Of a stretch of 64,000 bases of DNA, positions 10,742 to 21,692 are shown in pieces. Origin of the DNA: Spirochaetia bacterium. GTDB taxonomy: Bacteria; Spirochaetota; Spirochaetia; SZUA-6; Bin103. A program made the position numbers and the translations under genes. The stretch spans positions 1,344,001 to 1,408,000 of the forward strand of contig OZ241863.1 in NCBI GenBank assembly GCA_965203055.1, given 5' to 3'. The notes beneath the pieces were generated by a model, which worked only from the letters and a program-made list of their open reading frames with translations, made no database searches and was not told the DNA's origin. Numbering within the stretch: position 1 is the first letter of the stretch; each line of letters starts with the position of its first letter.

Positions 10742-11659
10742 ATGAAGGTGCTCGGCTTCGGGGCCGTCCTGTGGGACGACATTGTCGATCCCGCGGCACC
10801 CGCGACCGACTCGGTCGCGGGTGAGGCCAACATCGGCGGCGCAGTGTTCAACGTGGTCGTGCACCTGCAGCGCCTCGGTCATAGCGGCTACATGCTGAGC
10901 GCCATCGGCAATGACGCGCTCGGCGAGCGCACTTGGCGGGAGCTCGACCGGCTCGGTATCCGGCGCGACTTCATCGGCAGCGTGGCCGAGCCCACCTGCC
11001 TGATCGAGGTGACCTTCGACCGTGCCGGCCAGCCCGGCTACCGCATCCCCGGCCTGGTGTCGTGGGATCGGATCGAAGCGCCGGCCAACCTGGCCGCGGA
11101 AGTCGACGCCCTGGCCTTCGACGTACTGGTCTTCGGCACCCTGGAACAGCGTAGCGGCACCTCCCGGGCCACCCTCCGCAGCGTACTGGAGGGTGCCCGC
11201 TTCGGGCAGGTCTTCCTGGACCTGACTCTGCGCGGCGGTTGCTACGACCGCGATCTGCTCGACTATTCCATGCGCCGCGCCGACGTCATCAAGATGAACG
11301 ACCACGAGGCGCGGGTGGTGAATGAGCTGTTCGGCTTCGGGCGGCAGGATCTGCGGCAACTGCTTCCGGTGATCGCCCGCGAGTTCGGCAGCGAGCTGGT
11401 GTGCATTACCCTCGGCGCGGCGGGCGCGTTGGCGGGCGGCCGCGCCGAGGTGATCCATGCCCCGGGTTACCGCGTCGCGGTGCTCGACACGGTGGGCTGC
11501 GGCGACGCCTTCAGCGCCGGTCTGCTCCATCGCCTTGGCGCCGGGGCCTCACTCGCTGACGCGTGCGACTTCGCCAACCGGATGGGAGCGCTGATCTCCA
11601 CGAGGCGCAGCTCGATCCCGGACTATGATCTCGCCGAGATGGACCGCTTCCTGCGCTGA
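10742..11659 (+). CDS. PfkB-family carbohydrate kinase (fructokinase-like)
   Basis: GFGAVLWD, GGAVFNV, DVIKMNDHE, DTVGCGDAFSAG. Confidence 0.9.
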   Translation: MKVLGFGAVLWDDIVDPAAPATDSVAGEANIGGAVFNVVVHLQRLGHSGYMLSAIGNDALGERTWRELDRLGIRRDFIGSVAEPTCLIEVTFDRAGQPGYRIPGLVSWDRIEAPANLAAEVDALAFDVLVFGTLEQRSGTSRATLRSVLEGARFGQVFLDLTLRGGCYDRDLLDYSMRRADVIKMNDHEARVVNELFGFGRQDLRQLLPVIAREFGSELVCITLGAAGALAGGRAEVIHAPGYRVAVLDTVGCGDAFSAGLLHRLGAGASLADACDFANRMGALISTRRSSIPDYDLAEMDRFLR

Positions 11660-11802
11660 GAAGCAGGAAGAAGGAGCGGTCCGTTGCCGACAATCAAGGT
11701 GGCATGGTGTACTATCGGCGCCGTTACGGCGTGGGTCGGGTGGTCAGGAGGATTACCTTCGTCAGCGAAGTTGCGACGGCTACTGAAGGGAAGAAGGCCG
11801 AA

Positions 11803-12376
11803 TTGATAGAGCTTTCGAAGAAGGCGTCGGTCGTGGTCGCCGCGGCGCTGTTCGCGCTGTTGCTGGCAGCGTGCGTCGAAGTGGTAAAGACCGGACCGAA
11901 GGGCGACCCGGGGGAACCCGCCGCCCCTGCTCCGGTATTATCCGTCTGCGTTCCCGGAGACGACCCCATTGCGGTACCCACCACGATCGGCGCGGGCGGT
12001 TTCGTCAGGCGCCCGGGGAGCCCGCACGAGGGTACCTACGAACATCGGTTCACCCTGCCGGCGGACGACGTGCTGCGCGCTCGGGTGTGGATTCAGCGTC
12101 CCGGAGAGACTCACCCCAGCGCTCGCCGCCACATTGTCGGCGGGGACCACGCACGGCACCACCTACACGCTGGAAGTGACTCCCATGACCGGCAAGGTGC
12201 AACTGCATCTCGTTGGCCACGGATACGGCCACGAATTGCCCCCCTCGCCGCCGCCGATAGTGGAGCGGATCGAGCAGCGTCTCGCAAGCTCGCACCCCGG
12301 CGCCGCGGTACTGGATTACGCGGTGGCCGCGCTCGCCGGCGTCAGGGTGTACGTACGCGTCTGTCCCCCCGCATGA
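11803..12376 (+). pseudogene. Probable frameshifted lipoprotein of unknown function
   Basis: Lipobox LLLAAC and GPKGDPGEP in one frame. Protein-like sequence continues in the +1 frame (ERLTPALAATL...VRVCPPA*) after ~12100. Confidence 0.4.
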
Positions 12377-12416
12377 CGGCCACGCCGGCGCGGCGCCTCA
12401 TGCGCGCCGGCGCGGG

Positions 12417-13280
12417 CTACCGCAGTCCGGGCACCCAGTTCAGCGCGATCGGCTCGGCCGCGCCGGCGTAGTCGATCTCGAACGGGCGCAACGCCGCGGC
12501 CAGTTCCGGCGCGGCGCCGGGCGGCAGCCGGTTGCCGCGCTCCACCGACGCCACCGTGGCTTGCGTGCGTTCCGGGAGGTCGGGGAACGCCGGGTAGTAC
12601 CACATGGTGAGGCAGGTGCGGCGCGCGCCGCTGCCATTGGCGTGGGAGGCGTGAAACAGGGTGCCGTACCCGACCACGAAGTCGCCGGCGCGCAGCGGTA
12701 CGTCCACTTCGTCGGCGTAGCGCGCGAACGCCGGATTGGCGCCGGGCGCCCGGTACTTGCGGTTCTCGTCGGTGTGCTGCTCCGGCACCAAGTCATGCAG
12801 CGCGTGGCGTCGCAGGTGGGAGCCGGGGACCACGCGCAGGCAGCCGTTCTCCGGGGTGGTGTCGGTCAGGTAGAACATCAGGAACGCCTGGATCGGGACG
12901 GGGGTGTAGCTCACCGGGTCGTTCCAGAAGCGGCCATCCTCGTGCCAGAACAGCGGCGGGCTGTGCGGCGGCTTGCTGATTACCCGCCCGTGGCCGAACT
13001 TGGGGGCGTGGAACCCCAGCCTCGCCAGCGCCTGCAGGATCGGCGGATAGGCGATGAACTCCGCGAACACCGGGTAGCGTTCGATGAACGGGCCGTTCAC
13101 CAGGATCATGCTGCCGGTAGCCACCTGCTCGGCAAAGTGGCGCTCGTCCTGCTCCGCCAGACTGGCGTCACTGGCCTCCCGGAGGCGGTCCAGGAGCCCC
13201 GCGTCCAACACGTCACGAAAGATGAAGAATCCGTCCCGATCGAACCGAGCCCGTTCCGCGCTCACGGTCGCCGCAGCCAT
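12417..13280 (-). CDS. Phytanoyl-CoA dioxygenase (PhyH) family protein
   Basis: FDRDGFFIFRDVL, LFWHEDG, ENGCLRVVPGSH, LFHASHAN; leaderless promoter TTGATT-17-TATGGT-6-ATG. Confidence 0.9.
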   Translation of the reverse strand: MAAATVSAERARFDRDGFFIFRDVLDAGLLDRLREASDASLAEQDERHFAEQVATGSMILVNGPFIERYPVFAEFIAYPPILQALARLGFHAPKFGHGRVISKPPHSPPLFWHEDGRFWNDPVSYTPVPIQAFLMFYLTDTTPENGCLRVVPGSHLRRHALHDLVPEQHTDENRKYRAPGANPAFARYADEVDVPLRAGDFVVGYGTLFHASHANGSGARRTCLTMWYYPAFPDLPERTQATVASVERGNRLPPGAAPELAAALRPFEIDYAGAAEPIALNWVPGLR

Positions 13281-13311
13281 GGCCACACCATACCGCCCCG
13301 CGCTCTCTCAA

Positions 13312-13955
13312 TCAATGCAGACGTTGCGACGCGGCGGGGATTGAACTTGCGGTATCGCAGGACGCGCTGGCCCCGGCGGCCTCCGGCAGGCGCAGCACGG
13401 TGGTCGGACGGGTGGTGGTGACCAGCCAATCGATCAACTCGACGCGCAGCTCCTCCACCGCGGCGCAGTGCCGCGGCAGCGGGGCCAGGTTCTCCTGCTC
13501 CCACGGGTCTGCCCCCAGGTCGTACAACTCGGCGAAGCCGCGCTCCTCCCACTCGGCGCCGAAGCGGGCGAACATTCCGGCCGGGTAGTGCACGTAGCGG
13601 TAGGGGCCGTTGGGTGCGAACTCGGTCACCGCGATGTGGCGCACGGCGCCGCTCCGCCACGCAGCAGAAGGCCCAGGTCGTGGCCGTCGCCGGTCTCCAG
13701 GGCGTCCACTCCGGCCAGGGCGCTGACGGTGGCGGCGAAGTCGACGCTCTCCACCAGCTCGCCGGCCACGTGACCGGCGGGAAAGCGGCCCGGCCAGCGC
13801 CAGATGAACGGCACCCGGGTAATGGCGTCGGAGCATATCCCGGCGCCTTCTCCATGATCCCGAACTCGGCGGCGTAATCGCCGTGGTCGGACGAGTAGAC
13901 CACGATGGTGTCGTCCGCCAACCCGGCGTCATCCAGGAACTGCAGAAACTCGCCG
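13312..13955 (-). pseudogene. Sulfatase C-terminal remnant, frameshifted and 5'-truncated
   Basis: Consecutive sulfatase segments lie in different frames: DDTIVVYSSDHGDY..MEKAPG / VPFIWRWPGRFPAG..VESVDFAAT / ELYDLGADPWEQENL. No N-terminal CxPxR region is present. Confidence 0.8.
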
Positions 13956-14004
13956 TCAATGGCTATGTTTTACAACGGACAAACCTTACACTTACGTTCT
14001 ACCT

Positions 14005-17000
14005 GTGATAACCACGCATTTCGAGAAGTCCCCTAGCCCGCGTATCGTTCGGTCTGCGGAGGACGAGATCACGGCGATTCAGAGGCTTCTCTCTGATGTT
14101 TACCGGGACACCGGTGATGGGCGAACGCTTCTGCGCGAACTCATGCAGAATGCCGATGACGCGCAGGCGTCGCGGCTGGCGTTTGCCGTGGTCGATCAGG
14201 GGCTGCGTAATCCCCAAAACACTCTGCTTGGGGGGCCAGGGCTGATGGTCGTGAACGACGGCTCGTTTCTCGAGCGAGACCAGCGTGCCCTGCATCAAGC
14301 CATAGGAGACGCCAAGTCCGCCGACACGGAGAAGATCGGCCGGTTCGGGGTGGGTCTCAAGAGCGTGTTCCACGTCTGTGAGGCGTTCGTCTACCTCGGA
14401 GCAGAACCCAGAGAACCCGGACCCCCTACGCTCAGGCCGGGCGCCCTGAATCCATGGGCCGGCACCGGACAGGACGGCGACCAGGACCTGCTCCACCCCG
14501 ACTGGGACACCTTGGAACCCAGCGATGCGCAGGTCCTGTTGGACGCCGCCCGAGCAATCATCGGGTTCTTCACTTGCGGACTGCTGTTGTGGATTCCGCT
14601 GCGACGCCGGGCGCATCTCGACCGAGCCCAAGAGGGAGAGCAGGACGGTTTGGGGACAGACCTCGTCGATCCCAAACATGTTGTTACCTGGTTCAGGCAT
14701 CCAGATTCCCTGGCCCTGGTCCTCGCCCAGTGCGGACACCTGCGCTGTGTGGAGGCATTCCGCGCCGACACGATACCGGCATTGGACCCGCGCACCGCTC
14801 TGGTTCGCATCGACCGGCCCTGTTTCGAGAGGCGTTCGTGGGTAGGACGGTACCGTGATGATGACGTTCGTCGTACACGCACACGCACGTTCAAGGGGAT
14901 TATCCGCGCTGGCGACCAGAAGTGGTCCGTGGCGGGCGTCGATGCCGTTGGTCACAAGCGCCTGCGCGAAATCAGAGTGGCGTCAGATTGGCCAAAAGAT
15001 CGGGTTTATGTCGACGGCCGCCGTGATCGGGTTCCGCGCAAGGCGTTAGCTCACGCAGCTATAACCGTGCTGCACCGGCCGGCGGCTGCAACCGGCGGAG
15101 TACGCCTGCGCTGGGCCGTGTTTCTGCCGCTTGATGATGCTGTTAAACAGCCTTACGGGCCCCTCATTGAGACGGTAGAATGCGCCTCCAGCACGGGTTG
15201 GTGGGACATCATCATGCACGGCTACTTCTGGCCGTCCCACGACCGAAGATCGATCCCAGGCGTCACGGACGACGAATCGAGCGTACGAGGCCGGTGGAAC
15301 CGCGGCATCCGCGACGATCTGATGTTGCCGCTGCTTCCGCAAGCGCTCGAATTTGCGGTCCGCGATGTTCCGCAGGATGTCGCGGGCAGGCTGCTGGGTG
15401 CGGTCGACCGTACGGAGATCGTACGGAGAAACAACGCCGCCATCACGAAGAACCATGTGCTTCTGCCTGTTGTTACGGAATGTGGTATGAGGTGGAAGAC
15501 CTACCGTACCGATGAGGCGCGTGTGGTGGCCATTCCGTGGAAGGACGCTCCGAGCAGCGTGCGCAAGGCGTTCGTACGGCGAATCGACAGAGCCTCCGAC
15601 GTCATCTGCATCGACGACGCCGCACCGAGGATCGGGGGAACCCCGCGCGCTTGGCCCGCGGATTTGCTATGCGGTCTGTTGAGCTGCGTGTCCGTTGACT
15701 TGCTGCGAACGCCGCTGGGGTTAGCCTGGGTAGAGCATTGCATTAAGTCCGTCCTTGAGCGGCAGCACGACGATGACGACGACGCACGCCGTACGTCTGC
15801 GCGGCATCTGCGCCTTGCAGGTGGACGTCAGCGGACCGGGCAGGTTGCGGACTGGCTTGCAGAGAGGATCGGAGAAGGTGCGCTGACCGCTTGCTTCGAC
15901 AGCCCACCGGACACTCGACAGAATCTAAGGAAAACATGGCGGCGAGTGTACGAACGCCTGCCGAAAGAGTGGCTGATACCCGCTCCTGTCGAGAGCCAGC
16001 GCGCGGTTGTCGAACTCGCGGACGCGAAAGCTGTGGGTGCCGGGTTGTTGCCGATTCCGTTTGGGGTTCCGCGGGAGACGGCTGCGGCACACCCTGATCC
16101 GGAGCGACTGGACGGCGCCCTGCGGACCTTGGGGATTCTCTTGAGAAGAGAAGGGCTGCAAAGCGAGCATGACGCCCGGCTGATTCTGGCCGAGACCCTC
16201 CTCGCCATCCGTGATGCCCGGACCCTCGGTAATCAACTCGCCCAGTTGCCGCTGATTCGGGCGCTCTGCCTTCCCGAAGGAAGATACGAAGCGTGGTCCC
16301 AAGGCGATCTGCATCGGCGGGTCGCAGAACATCGTGTGTTCGCCCGCGGAGACGAACCATCGTCCGATCAAGTGGACGCCGGAGGTGGGGACGGTGTCGA
16401 TCCCGCTGGGGTACGGACCGGACGAGCTGGGCGGGCGGCCCGGCAACCCCGGCAGGCCGTCAAAGAACTCGCCGAGGCAGTCTGCAGCAGCTTCTGGCTT
16501 GTCCGTAGCATGCCCGCAACAGCGAAGGTGCGTCCGGTCAGTAATGAGGCTCTGGCCGGCGCACTGCTCCATGCCAAGGCGATCAGCAAGGACCCGGAGC
16601 CGAGAAAATCACTCTTAAGCGCTTTGGCCGCCGGAGCCGTAGGCTCGCTGGTCGGACGTGCCATGCGTGTGCTGCTCACCGGCGTGATGGCGGGTGGCTT
16701 AGAAGAGTGCGACATCTACCACGTTCGCAGCCGGGATAATCGAAGAACGCTGGACATTCTGCTCGGCGTCCGGCGCGAGTCATGGCGCGTCGCAGAGCCG
16801 AAACTGATCGATGCCCTTCCCCAACTGTTCGCCAGTCTGAGAATAAAGGAGATTGATCCGGGGGTGCTGCAAGAATTACTCCGGGAGACGTTGGATAAAT
16901 CCTCCGATGATGACTGGCAGCTCCTTCCGGAACCGGACGTGCTCCATCTGCTAAAGCACTTGTATGGGACAGATCGCGCGTTGTGGCGCGCAATGCCGCT

Positions 17001-20000
17001 GCACAAGAGGATCACGGGCGACCGCGGGCGCCTCGACGACCAGACCGCGCGCGCAACGGGAGGAGGTCGGCTGCCGTCCGAGCTTGAAACGGAAGTTATC
17101 CTATTGGAGCCCGATGATGAAGTCGCGGGCCTGTACCTCGACGTTCCGAAACTCGATGATGACGGCGTCCTGCGCATGATGTTGGAGAACGAGCATCCGC
17201 AGCGGTTCGTCAGATATATTATCGATCGACTCCGGTCGGACGGAGACCAGATCATTCTGCCGAATAACCGGCAGCTGCGCGATCTGCTCAAGAGCTGCCC
17301 GTGGCTCCCCGACCGTGACGCATACCTCGGCATCGCTCCGGGGCGACTCCTGTGTATTCCGCCGGAGCTACTGGCCTTGGTCGCCCCTCTATCCGCGGCG
17401 CTTGACGGGCATCGGCTTTCTTCACATGTTGCCCCCGATTGCTGGTCCGTCGCCAAGGACGTTGTGCACGAGATACTCGGGAGACCTAGCTCCGCGACGC
17501 AGGTTGAACGCTTGGCCGATGGGCTCGATACGGACGCTGTCGCTCAAGTTGAATCAGGAGCCTACCTCATTCTGCCTCACGCCGGCGATGTTGACCAACA
17601 GTTGATCGAGGATGCACTTCGGTCTCCGCTCGTCGAATCTCACCCCGGCTGGAAGATCGTACGAACCGCGGCGAATCTCGCGGGAATTACGGGCGGCCGG
17701 GTGCCTCGCGCCGTTTCGCGCCTGGCATGCGCTCTCTGTGCCCCGGTCCCTTCTGACCGCCAGTTGTCTACGCTGCAGCAAATTGCAGACTCGTGTCCCG
17801 GCAAGGACTCTCCCCCCGGCCGTCTGTTCCGCCGCTTGGTCGAGAAGTACGCCGAGGCCGATAACTTATTCTTCCAGAAAGTATTACCGTGTATCATGTT
17901 GCCGACTCAGGACGGCAAATGGCGGCGGGCTTCGAAAATAGCCCAATCGTCGTTCGGTGTCGCGCGGCACCACCGGATATTGAAGGACCTTCGCCGCGCC
18001 CTTCGACTTGATGACGGCGAGTCGGTCGGGAAGGAAGCCTCCGGTAAAACAGTGGTCAGGTCGGGAGAGACATCGGACTACGTGTTCGATCAGTACTTCA
18101 AGCCGTGGAAGGGGCGTCTCAACCGCGGCGCCGTCGGGGCGCTATTGAGTCTGTTCGGGAATGGCAACAGGATCGAGTTGCGCAGCGCCGACAACGAAGG
18201 CGCTATGCGACGGCTTGCCCAGAGTTGGCTCGGCGAAGTGGACGTTTCAGAAGTGCGGCGAAATTTGACCGGCGCCGATGAAGCTCCTTTTTCTACCGTC
18301 CCCGTGTTCGTTGTAGGGAGCAAGGAAGACGGGCGGGTCACGGCGGTCAATATCCTGGGCAACTCGGTAAGTATGACGGCTGACCGGGACAACAAAACCA
18401 TCTTCGCGACCGCCCCTAAGCGGGACAGGGCGGGTTTCTGGGAGGTCACACTGCGCCACGTGGAGCCCGCGAAGCACAGCGCGCAAAAACTCTACGAGAT
18501 GCTTGGCACGACCATCGAACTATGGGCAGTTAAGTACCTTAAAATCGACCGTCGCCGGATGCTGGAGTGGTGGCGGCGGTGGGGGACAGGCTCGCAGGCT
18601 CAGGTGGAACCGGTGAGAGCCCTGATTCTGGCCAATCTTCCCCTTACGCTCAGGAGGCTCGACGTGCGCGAGTGCCCAGCGTTGCAGGCCGCCGTCACAG
18701 ACGCGGAGCGGGCGCAGAGAAGGCGTGGACAGGCGGCCGGGCAGGAGCCGTATGCCGACCCCGCGAAGCGGGCGCTTGATCGTCTTGCATCGCTCATAGG
18801 CAAGCCCGAGCACAGCGATTTCCTGAGGGGACGAGTCCGGGACCGGATGGAAAGTTCCGGCTACACGGCCGAAAGCACCTTGCTGGAACTGGTGCAGAAT
18901 GCGGATGACGCGCTGGCGCAGGCGCGCGAGATCGCGGGACGCGAGCTATCGAAGGACGCGCGCAGCGTTGTGGTTCGCGTCGATGAACACGTCGGGCAGC
19001 CAACTGTCGACCTCAAGCACTTCGGGCGCCCGATCAACGACACCGGCGACGCCGAGTTTCTCGCCAGGCAGGATCGGGATCGGGAATGGGATCAGGACCT
19101 CTATTTCATGATGCTGATGGATCTAACCGCAAAGCCGGGCGAAGCCTCGGGGTCAGGAGCAGTGGCGTCGACGACCGGATGCTTCGGTCTCGGATTCAAG
19201 TCAGTCCACTTGGTTTCCGACGCTCCATCGGTGGTCAGTGGGTATATCGCCTTCTCCATCGCTGGCGGCCTGCTGCCAAAAGAGGAGCAAATCCCGGACG
19301 ATCCGGACCTGGAGTCGGTGGACGGCCAGCAGGTTACGCGTATCCGTCTGCCCCTGCGCCACGACGATGACTTGATTACCCGGATGTTCTGTCGCTTCTG
19401 CCACACCCGGTTCTTGTTACCCGCCTTTGCTAGAGAACTCCGGGAGATCGTGGTCGAGGGTGGGCCGTGGCCTGGAGTCAGTGTCTTCGACTGCGAACCG
19501 GTCGCAGGAGCACCGGGATGGTCCGTCGCCAGAACACCTGCCGAGCTCCCGAACGGCGGGTCGTGGCGCATCCTGCGCTTCCGGCCCGGCGGCGCGGAAA
19601 CCGGCACCGCGGCGCTCGTCCTGGGCCTCTGCGATGAGATGCCGGCTCCGTTCCCGCCCGACGTGTCGTTCCTCTGGAACGTAACTCCCACCACGGAGCT
19701 CTGGGGCTGCGGGTACGCAGTCAACGGACCATTCAAGCTCGACCACGGCAGGACACACGTCGCGCTGGATCACGAGAACACCCGGCGCGCGGCCATTCAG
19801 CTCGGCGAAGCGCTTGGAAAGGGGCTTGTGGCACTGCACGATGCGCTCGCCAATGATGCGGGGCCGGCATGCGGCCTGCCCGGAAGAGAGGGCGTCGCGA
19901 CCTTTACCGCGGCCCTCTGGAATGTGCTTTCTTCCGGAGTCGACACCGAAGATACCCTCCGCCGCGACTTCCTTGGCTGGCTACAAGGTCTGGGCAGCGG

Positions 20001-21690
20001 AATCTCGGCGTGGATGTTCGCCCGCTCTGTGGTGCCGTCGAAACTCCCGGCACCCTTCGGCAAACAGCTTCCGCCGTTGGCGTCGGTCAGGCGGCTGGAG
20101 GACATGCGGATCGAGTTCGTGGAGAACGGCGACTTGTGGCGCGCTGTCGCCGGTATCGAGGATCTGGCCCAGCTGGCGCGGAACCATCTGGTTGTTTCGG
20201 ATGCGGTAGCGGAGCGTCTGCGCCGGCTGTTGCCGAGGATCGAGATTAACCCGCTACAACCGATGGATCTCTTCAGGGAGCTGGTGGAGAGTTGGAGCCA
20301 CTGCCTTACACCGGAACGGCTGCATGCGCTGCGGCCAATCGAGCCGGAGCATGTCTGGAAGATGATCGGCGCCGAGTGGCCCACGAATCTTGTCGCTCAA
20401 TCGGTCGCCGGGGCGTTCGTTCCTTTGCGCGAGCTGTTGCTTCCACCGGGCCCGGAGACATCGGACGACGAGCCGAAACGCGCGGCGTTCGCTCCCGACG
20501 CGCACGTCCTGGACAGCGCCTACACACCCGAGGACGCGGCGGTGTTCCGCCGGCTGCGGATGCGGCTCCAAATCGATTCCGCCACCATGGCCGCCTGGTT
20601 CACCGACATCGACGACTCCAAGCGTCCCGCTGCGCTGCGATATCTGTTACACGGCAACCTTCAAAACGAAATCCTGGAGAAGCTCGTCCCATCCGAGACC
20701 CGGCCGCCATGGCTGAGCGACCATAGCGACGTAAGCCGTATGGTCGATGGCCTGAGCGACCCCTGGCGATGTGAATCTCTCCTTATCGCTCTGTTCCCTG
20801 ACCACGGGCGAAGCGCACCGGACACCCCAGGCGACCCTGAGACCGACTTCGCGCTCCACACTCACCCGCCGCCCGAGGACTTCTTTGAACGACTCCAGGA
20901 TTGGTGGGACGATTCGAGCAACCGACAAGTCGTCCTCGGCCGTCACGAGACGGAGACTTGGCCCGATTGGCTCAGAAGGGGCCGTATCGACCGTGATCTC
21001 GGTCAGGACTCCCACGACCATTGGCTTGCGCTGCTCGTCTTGGGTGCCTGCCAGGGACTTGGCCGCTCGGGGCTAAAACAGCACCGGGGTTTTCTCGAGG
21101 CTGCCCACCGCAAAGGATGGTGGAAGGTGTTCAAGCGGCCCAGCGAACCCGCAGACTGGATGGAAGTGCTTCGCTCCTGGCATGACAGCGCCGTGGACAC
21201 CTTAGAGTACTCATACTGGATGTCACTCTTTCCGACCATCTACTTGCTCAGTCGCTATCTGCGCAAATACCGGGACTTGTTGCGTACAGCAGATCAACGT
21301 CCGAATCTCGACGATCTGACACGGCTTCTGGCCCCTCGGAGCGATTCAGCGCTGAGCGGCGCCGGCCGCATCTTCGATGCGCCGCCAGCGCCGCTCAACA
21401 TGGGTTTACACTGGATCCTGCGCGAACTCGTACGGCTTGATGTTCTCGGCCGCGTTGAACACCTCTTGCCTTACTGCTGGGTGCCGTCGGACCAGGTACT
21501 CCGCTTCCTCGAGCGTCTTGGTCTTCCGTATCCTGAGAGCAACGCCTCCAACTCCGACAAAGCGCGGGCAGTGTACAACTTTCTTGAGCCGAGATTGAGG
21601 ACGCCACATCTTCATTACGCATTCGACATTCCGCTGCGCTACGTTGCCACCAATAAATACCTGCAGCGAAAGCTCGGTTTGTCGGACTGA
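14005..21690 (+). CDS. Giant protein (2561 aa) with two sacsin-like (Hsp90/GHKL-type) ATPase modules
   Basis: Module 1: TLLRELMQNADDAQA..VVNDGSF..IGRFGVGLKSVFH (~14.1-14.4 kb). Module 2: TLLELVQNADDALAQ..HFGRPIN..TGCFGLGFKSVHLVSD (~18.9-19.25 kb). Uninterrupted 7.7-kb ORF; exact start uncertain. Confidence 0.8.
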   Translation: MITTHFEKSPSPRIVRSAEDEITAIQRLLSDVYRDTGDGRTLLRELMQNADDAQASRLAFAVVDQGLRNPQNTLLGGPGLMVVNDGSFLERDQRALHQAIGDAKSADTEKIGRFGVGLKSVFHVCEAFVYLGAEPREPGPPTLRPGALNPWAGTGQDGDQDLLHPDWDTLEPSDAQVLLDAARAIIGFFTCGLLLWIPLRRRAHLDRAQEGEQDGLGTDLVDPKHVVTWFRHPDSLALVLAQCGHLRCVEAFRADTIPALDPRTALVRIDRPCFERRSWVGRYRDDDVRRTRTRTFKGIIRAGDQKWSVAGVDAVGHKRLREIRVASDWPKDRVYVDGRRDRVPRKALAHAAITVLHRPAAATGGVRLRWAVFLPLDDAVKQPYGPLIETVECASSTGWWDIIMHGYFWPSHDRRSIPGVTDDESSVRGRWNRGIRDDLMLPLLPQALEFAVRDVPQDVAGRLLGAVDRTEIVRRNNAAITKNHVLLPVVTECGMRWKTYRTDEARVVAIPWKDAPSSVRKAFVRRIDRASDVICIDDAAPRIGGTPRAWPADLLCGLLSCVSVDLLRTPLGLAWVEHCIKSVLERQHDDDDDARRTSARHLRLAGGRQRTGQVADWLAERIGEGALTACFDSPPDTRQNLRKTWRRVYERLPKEWLIPAPVESQRAVVELADAKAVGAGLLPIPFGVPRETAAAHPDPERLDGALRTLGILLRREGLQSEHDARLILAETLLAIRDARTLGNQLAQLPLIRALCLPEGRYEAWSQGDLHRRVAEHRVFARGDEPSSDQVDAGGGDGVDPAGVRTGRAGRAARQPRQAVKELAEAVCSSFWLVRSMPATAKVRPVSNEALAGALLHAKAISKDPEPRKSLLSALAAGAVGSLVGRAMRVLLTGVMAGGLEECDIYHVRSRDNRRTLDILLGVRRESWRVAEPKLIDALPQLFASLRIKEIDPGVLQELLRETLDKSSDDDWQLLPEPDVLHLLKHLYGTDRALWRAMPLHKRITGDRGRLDDQTARATGGGRLPSELETEVILLEPDDEVAGLYLDVPKLDDDGVLRMMLENEHPQRFVRYIIDRLRSDGDQIILPNNRQLRDLLKSCPWLPDRDAYLGIAPGRLLCIPPELLALVAPLSAALDGHRLSSHVAPDCWSVAKDVVHEILGRPSSATQVERLADGLDTDAVAQVESGAYLILPHAGDVDQQLIEDALRSPLVESHPGWKIVRTAANLAGITGGRVPRAVSRLACALCAPVPSDRQLSTLQQIADSCPGKDSPPGRLFRRLVEKYAEADNLFFQKVLPCIMLPTQDGKWRRASKIAQSSFGVARHHRILKDLRRALRLDDGESVGKEASGKTVVRSGETSDYVFDQYFKPWKGRLNRGAVGALLSLFGNGNRIELRSADNEGAMRRLAQSWLGEVDVSEVRRNLTGADEAPFSTVPVFVVGSKEDGRVTAVNILGNSVSMTADRDNKTIFATAPKRDRAGFWEVTLRHVEPAKHSAQKLYEMLGTTIELWAVKYLKIDRRRMLEWWRRWGTGSQAQVEPVRALILANLPLTLRRLDVRECPALQAAVTDAERAQRRRGQAAGQEPYADPAKRALDRLASLIGKPEHSDFLRGRVRDRMESSGYTAESTLLELVQNADDALAQAREIAGRELSKDARSVVVRVDEHVGQPTVDLKHFGRPINDTGDAEFLARQDRDREWDQDLYFMMLMDLTAKPGEASGSGAVASTTGCFGLGFKSVHLVSDAPSVVSGYIAFSIAGGLLPKEEQIPDDPDLESVDGQQVTRIRLPLRHDDDLITRMFCRFCHTRFLLPAFARELREIVVEGGPWPGVSVFDCEPVAGAPGWSVARTPAELPNGGSWRILRFRPGGAETGTAALVLGLCDEMPAPFPPDVSFLWNVTPTTELWGCGYAVNGPFKLDHGRTHVALDHENTRRAAIQLGEALGKGLVALHDALANDAGPACGLPGREGVATFTAALWNVLSSGVDTEDTLRRDFLGWLQGLGSGISAWMFARSVVPSKLPAPFGKQLPPLASVRRLEDMRIEFVENGDLWRAVAGIEDLAQLARNHLVVSDAVAERLRRLLPRIEINPLQPMDLFRELVESWSHCLTPERLHALRPIEPEHVWKMIGAEWPTNLVAQSVAGAFVPLRELLLPPGPETSDDEPKRAAFAPDAHVLDSAYTPEDAAVFRRLRMRLQIDSATMAAWFTDIDDSKRPAALRYLLHGNLQNEILEKLVPSETRPPWLSDHSDVSRMVDGLSDPWRCESLLIALFPDHGRSAPDTPGDPETDFALHTHPPPEDFFERLQDWWDDSSNRQVVLGRHETETWPDWLRRGRIDRDLGQDSHDHWLALLVLGACQGLGRSGLKQHRGFLEAAHRKGWWKVFKRPSEPADWMEVLRSWHDSAVDTLEYSYWMSLFPTIYLLSRYLRKYRDLLRTADQRPNLDDLTRLLAPRSDSALSGAGRIFDAPPAPLNMGLHWILRELVRLDVLGRVEHLLPYCWVPSDQVLRFLERLGLPYPESNASNSDKARAVYNFLEPRLRTPHLHYAFDIPLRYVATNKYLQRKLGLSD

Positions 21691-21692
21691 CT

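Noticed and set aside
11688..11698. CGACAATCAAG match to the IS21 end repeat
   Set aside because: A single 11-nt match with no terminal TG, second repeat or IS remnant; compatible with chance.
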